Shown one piece after another: positions 35,005-36,589 of a DNA stretch of 36,589 nucleotides. The DNA lies in NCBI GenBank assembly GCA_036794935.1, contig DAIRFU010000003.1, positions 1-36,589 of the forward strand, in the 5' to 3' direction. Positions within the stretch are counted from its first letter, which is position 1. The number at the start of each line of letters is the position of its first letter. The notes beneath the pieces were generated by a model. That model was given only the letters and a program-made list of their open reading frames with translations. It was not told the origin of the DNA and searched no databases. Origin of the DNA: Kofleriaceae bacterium. Lineage in GTDB: Bacteria > Myxococcota_A > Polyangia > Haliangiales > Haliangiaceae. Both the position numbers and the translations under genes were made by a program.

Positions 35005-36159
35005 ATGCGGACGTGGTGCCTGGTGATAGCGATGATGGCCGGCTGTGCCTTCGCCGGCGGTGATGCGAACGACGAGTCGTTCGTCGTCGGTGGTCAGCCC
35101 GAGAGCGGCTACCCGCCGGTCGGCTACCTCCACAACACGCTCTACCCCGACTCCAGGACGTGGTGCGGCGTCACGCTGATCGCGCCGACCGTCGTGATCA
35201 CCGCGTCGCACTGCGTGGATGGGGTCGCGGCGGCAAACCTCGAGGTCGGCTTCGGCCTGGTCGACAGCTCGCCGCTCGTCGCGGTCGCCGCGGTCCACAT
35301 GCACCCGAGCTACGTCTACCGGCAGGAGGGCGACTTCCTGCCGTGGGACGACGTCGCGGTGCTCGAGCTCGCCCAGGCCGTCACGGCCGTCCCGCCGGCG
35401 ACGCTCGCCCGCGCGCAGACCGGTGGCTGCACCGCGCGCTACGTCGGCTACGGCCGCAACGTGCCCGGCGACGGCCACGTGACCGAGGGCTACGACGGCG
35501 AGCGGCGCAGCGCCACGATCTGCATCGACGCCGAGAACCCGCACGAGCTCTACGTCCACGGCGACGACGGCGGCCTGTGCTGGGGCGACAGCGGCGGCCC
35601 GCTGCTCGCCGATGGCACCACGCACGTGTTCGGCGTGCTGTCGCGCCACGCGCCGCGCATCGACTCGCACTACTCGTGCGAGACGGGCAACCGGATGATC
35701 TTCACGGCCGCCGCGACCTATCGCGACTTCATCACGCAGTGGGCGCCCGACGCGTTCGAGGCCGAGCCCGCGGCGACCGCGAGCGTGGGCTGGTGCAACG
35801 TGCAGTGGCCCGAGACGCTGGCCGCCCAGCCGTACGCGACGACCGAGCCGATCTACGGCCGCGTGTGGGCCGAGGGCGTGACGCCCGGCCGTGGCCAGGG
35901 CGCGGGCGTGACCGCGGAGGTCGGCTTCGGCCCGGCCGACTCGGCGCCCGACACCGCCGCCGGCTGGATCTGGTACGCCGCGCACTACAACGTCGACGTC
36001 GACGGTCTCGCCGCCGGCGATCTCGCGAACGACGAGTATATGGGGACCCTGTTCCCCTATGCCGCCGGCACGTACTCGCTCGCGTACCGGTTCTCGGCCG
36101 ACGGCGGCCAGACGTGGAAGACCTGCAGCAGCGGCTCGAAGCTGACCGTCGCGCCGTGA
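35005..36159 (+). CDS. Trypsin-like (S1) serine protease lipoprotein with an uncharacterised C-terminal domain of about 130 aa
   Basis: The start is taken at the ATG at 35005 (MRTWCLVIAMMAGC, lipobox), inside track ORF 34942..36159. S1 features are present: VVGG, the catalytic triad contexts TASHC, DDVAVLEL and GDSGGPL. The C-terminal domain reads WCNVQWPETL...IYGRVWAEGVT...YSLAYRFSADGGQTWKTC. Confidence 0.88.
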   Translation: MRTWCLVIAMMAGCAFAGGDANDESFVVGGQPESGYPPVGYLHNTLYPDSRTWCGVTLIAPTVVITASHCVDGVAAANLEVGFGLVDSSPLVAVAAVHMHPSYVYRQEGDFLPWDDVAVLELAQAVTAVPPATLARAQTGGCTARYVGYGRNVPGDGHVTEGYDGERRSATICIDAENPHELYVHGDDGGLCWGDSGGPLLADGTTHVFGVLSRHAPRIDSHYSCETGNRMIFTAAATYRDFITQWAPDAFEAEPAATASVGWCNVQWPETLAAQPYATTEPIYGRVWAEGVTPGRGQGAGVTAEVGFGPADSAPDTAAGWIWYAAHYNVDVDGLAAGDLANDEYMGTLFPYAAGTYSLAYRFSADGGQTWKTCSSGSKLTVAP

Positions 36160-36171
36160 TAGCAAGGACGG

Positions 36172-36589
36172 GTGCGCGCCGCCCTGATCCTCGTGCTGCT
36201 GGTCGCGCGCTCGGCATCGGCGCAGACGACCCCGTGTGATTCGCACGAGGCCGAGGAGCTGCGCGCGCACCTGACGCACGAGCAGCACCGCGCGCGCGTC
36301 TGGAACCTCGCGTGGGGCATCACGTTCACAGCGGCCGCGGTCGGCACGTTCGCGGTCGGCTACGCGAACCCGGTCCCCGAGCTGCAGGACGGCTTCTTCG
36401 TCAGCGCGGGCAAGGCCACGATCGGTGCCCTCGGCCGGTGGGTCGTGCCGCTGCGCATCGAGGTGCCGCCGGCCACCGGCGACGCGTGCGCCGACCTCGC
36501 GCTGCTGCGGCGCGCGCTCCGCAGCGCGGCCAGACGCGAGAAGGGCAACTTCTGGCTCAACCACGTCGGCGGCTTGCTCGTGAACGGAG
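36172..36589 (+). CDS. Hypothetical secreted/membrane protein, 5' part (runs off the window)
   Basis: This gene is absent from the track because it has no in-window stop. A GTG at 36172 is preceded by AAGGA. The translation is VRAALILVLLVARSASAQTTPCDSHEAEELRAHL...WNLAWGITFTAAAVGTFAVGY... with no stop to 36589 and strong third-position GC. Confidence 0.5.
   Translation, partial: MRAALILVLLVARSASAQTTPCDSHEAEELRAHLTHEQHRARVWNLAWGITFTAAAVGTFAVGYANPVPELQDGFFVSAGKATIGALGRWVVPLRIEVPPATGDACADLALLRRALRSAARREKGNFWLNHVGGLLVNG

Noticed and set aside
33895-36564. 889-aa reverse-strand ORF, one of the longest in the track, spanning the 27-heme cytochrome, the protease and the last gene
   Set aside because: The translation is Arg/Ala/Gly/Asp/Val-rich low-complexity sequence with no motifs. 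It is antisense to + strand ORFs that carry dense CXXCH motifs, an S1 catalytic triad and strong third-position GC. This is a typical stop-poor antisense frame in 72% GC DNA.

Overview
The window is very GC-rich. By hand count it is about 72% GC in typical stretches, with strong G/C at third codon positions. It is densely coding bacterial chromosome with no rRNA, tRNA, CRISPR array, transposase or integrase that I could recognise. Several features point to a Myxococcota-type genome (inference only, no search was run): two proteins end in MYXO-CTERM-like sorting tails (Cys-containing motif, hydrophobic helix, RRRR), there are PilZ-like/receiver hybrids, and about 11 proteins have predicted lipoprotein signals. 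Many of the long ORFs in the supplied track are wrong-frame or antisense artefacts of high GC (Arg/Ala/Gly/Asp-rich) and were discarded. Several real genes start well inside the listed ORFs, and two genes that run off the window edges are absent from the track.

Layout:
- 1-18.9 kb holds signalling and housekeeping genes: a histidine kinase plus OmpR-type regulator, MscS, YhbY, Xaa-Pro aminopeptidase, gamma-glutamyltranspeptidase, an OmpA/MotB-like protein, a PP2C phosphatase operon, PilZ/REC proteins, and secreted envelope proteins.
- 18.9-26.8 kb holds accessory envelope and unknown-function genes: a membrane SpoIIE-like pseudophosphatase, a lipoprotein with 36-aa repeats, and an atypically long Hsp70-like protein.
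- 26.8-34.9 kb holds the stand-out feature, a tightly coupled seven-gene operon. It encodes five multiheme c-type cytochromes with 63 CXXCH and 3 non-canonical CXnCH motifs in total. These are an MtrC/OmcA-architecture decaheme lipoprotein with a collagen-like N-terminal stalk, a 12-heme lipoprotein, a NapC/NirT-type membrane tetraheme, a 13-heme lipoprotein and a 27-heme lipoprotein built of tandem diheme units. The operon also encodes a small 2-TM protein and a putative outer-membrane beta-barrel. I interpret it as a candidate hybrid porin-cytochrome extracellular electron-transfer conduit.

All functional calls rest on motifs read from the translations. Start codons are best guesses, and no database searches or structure predictions were run.
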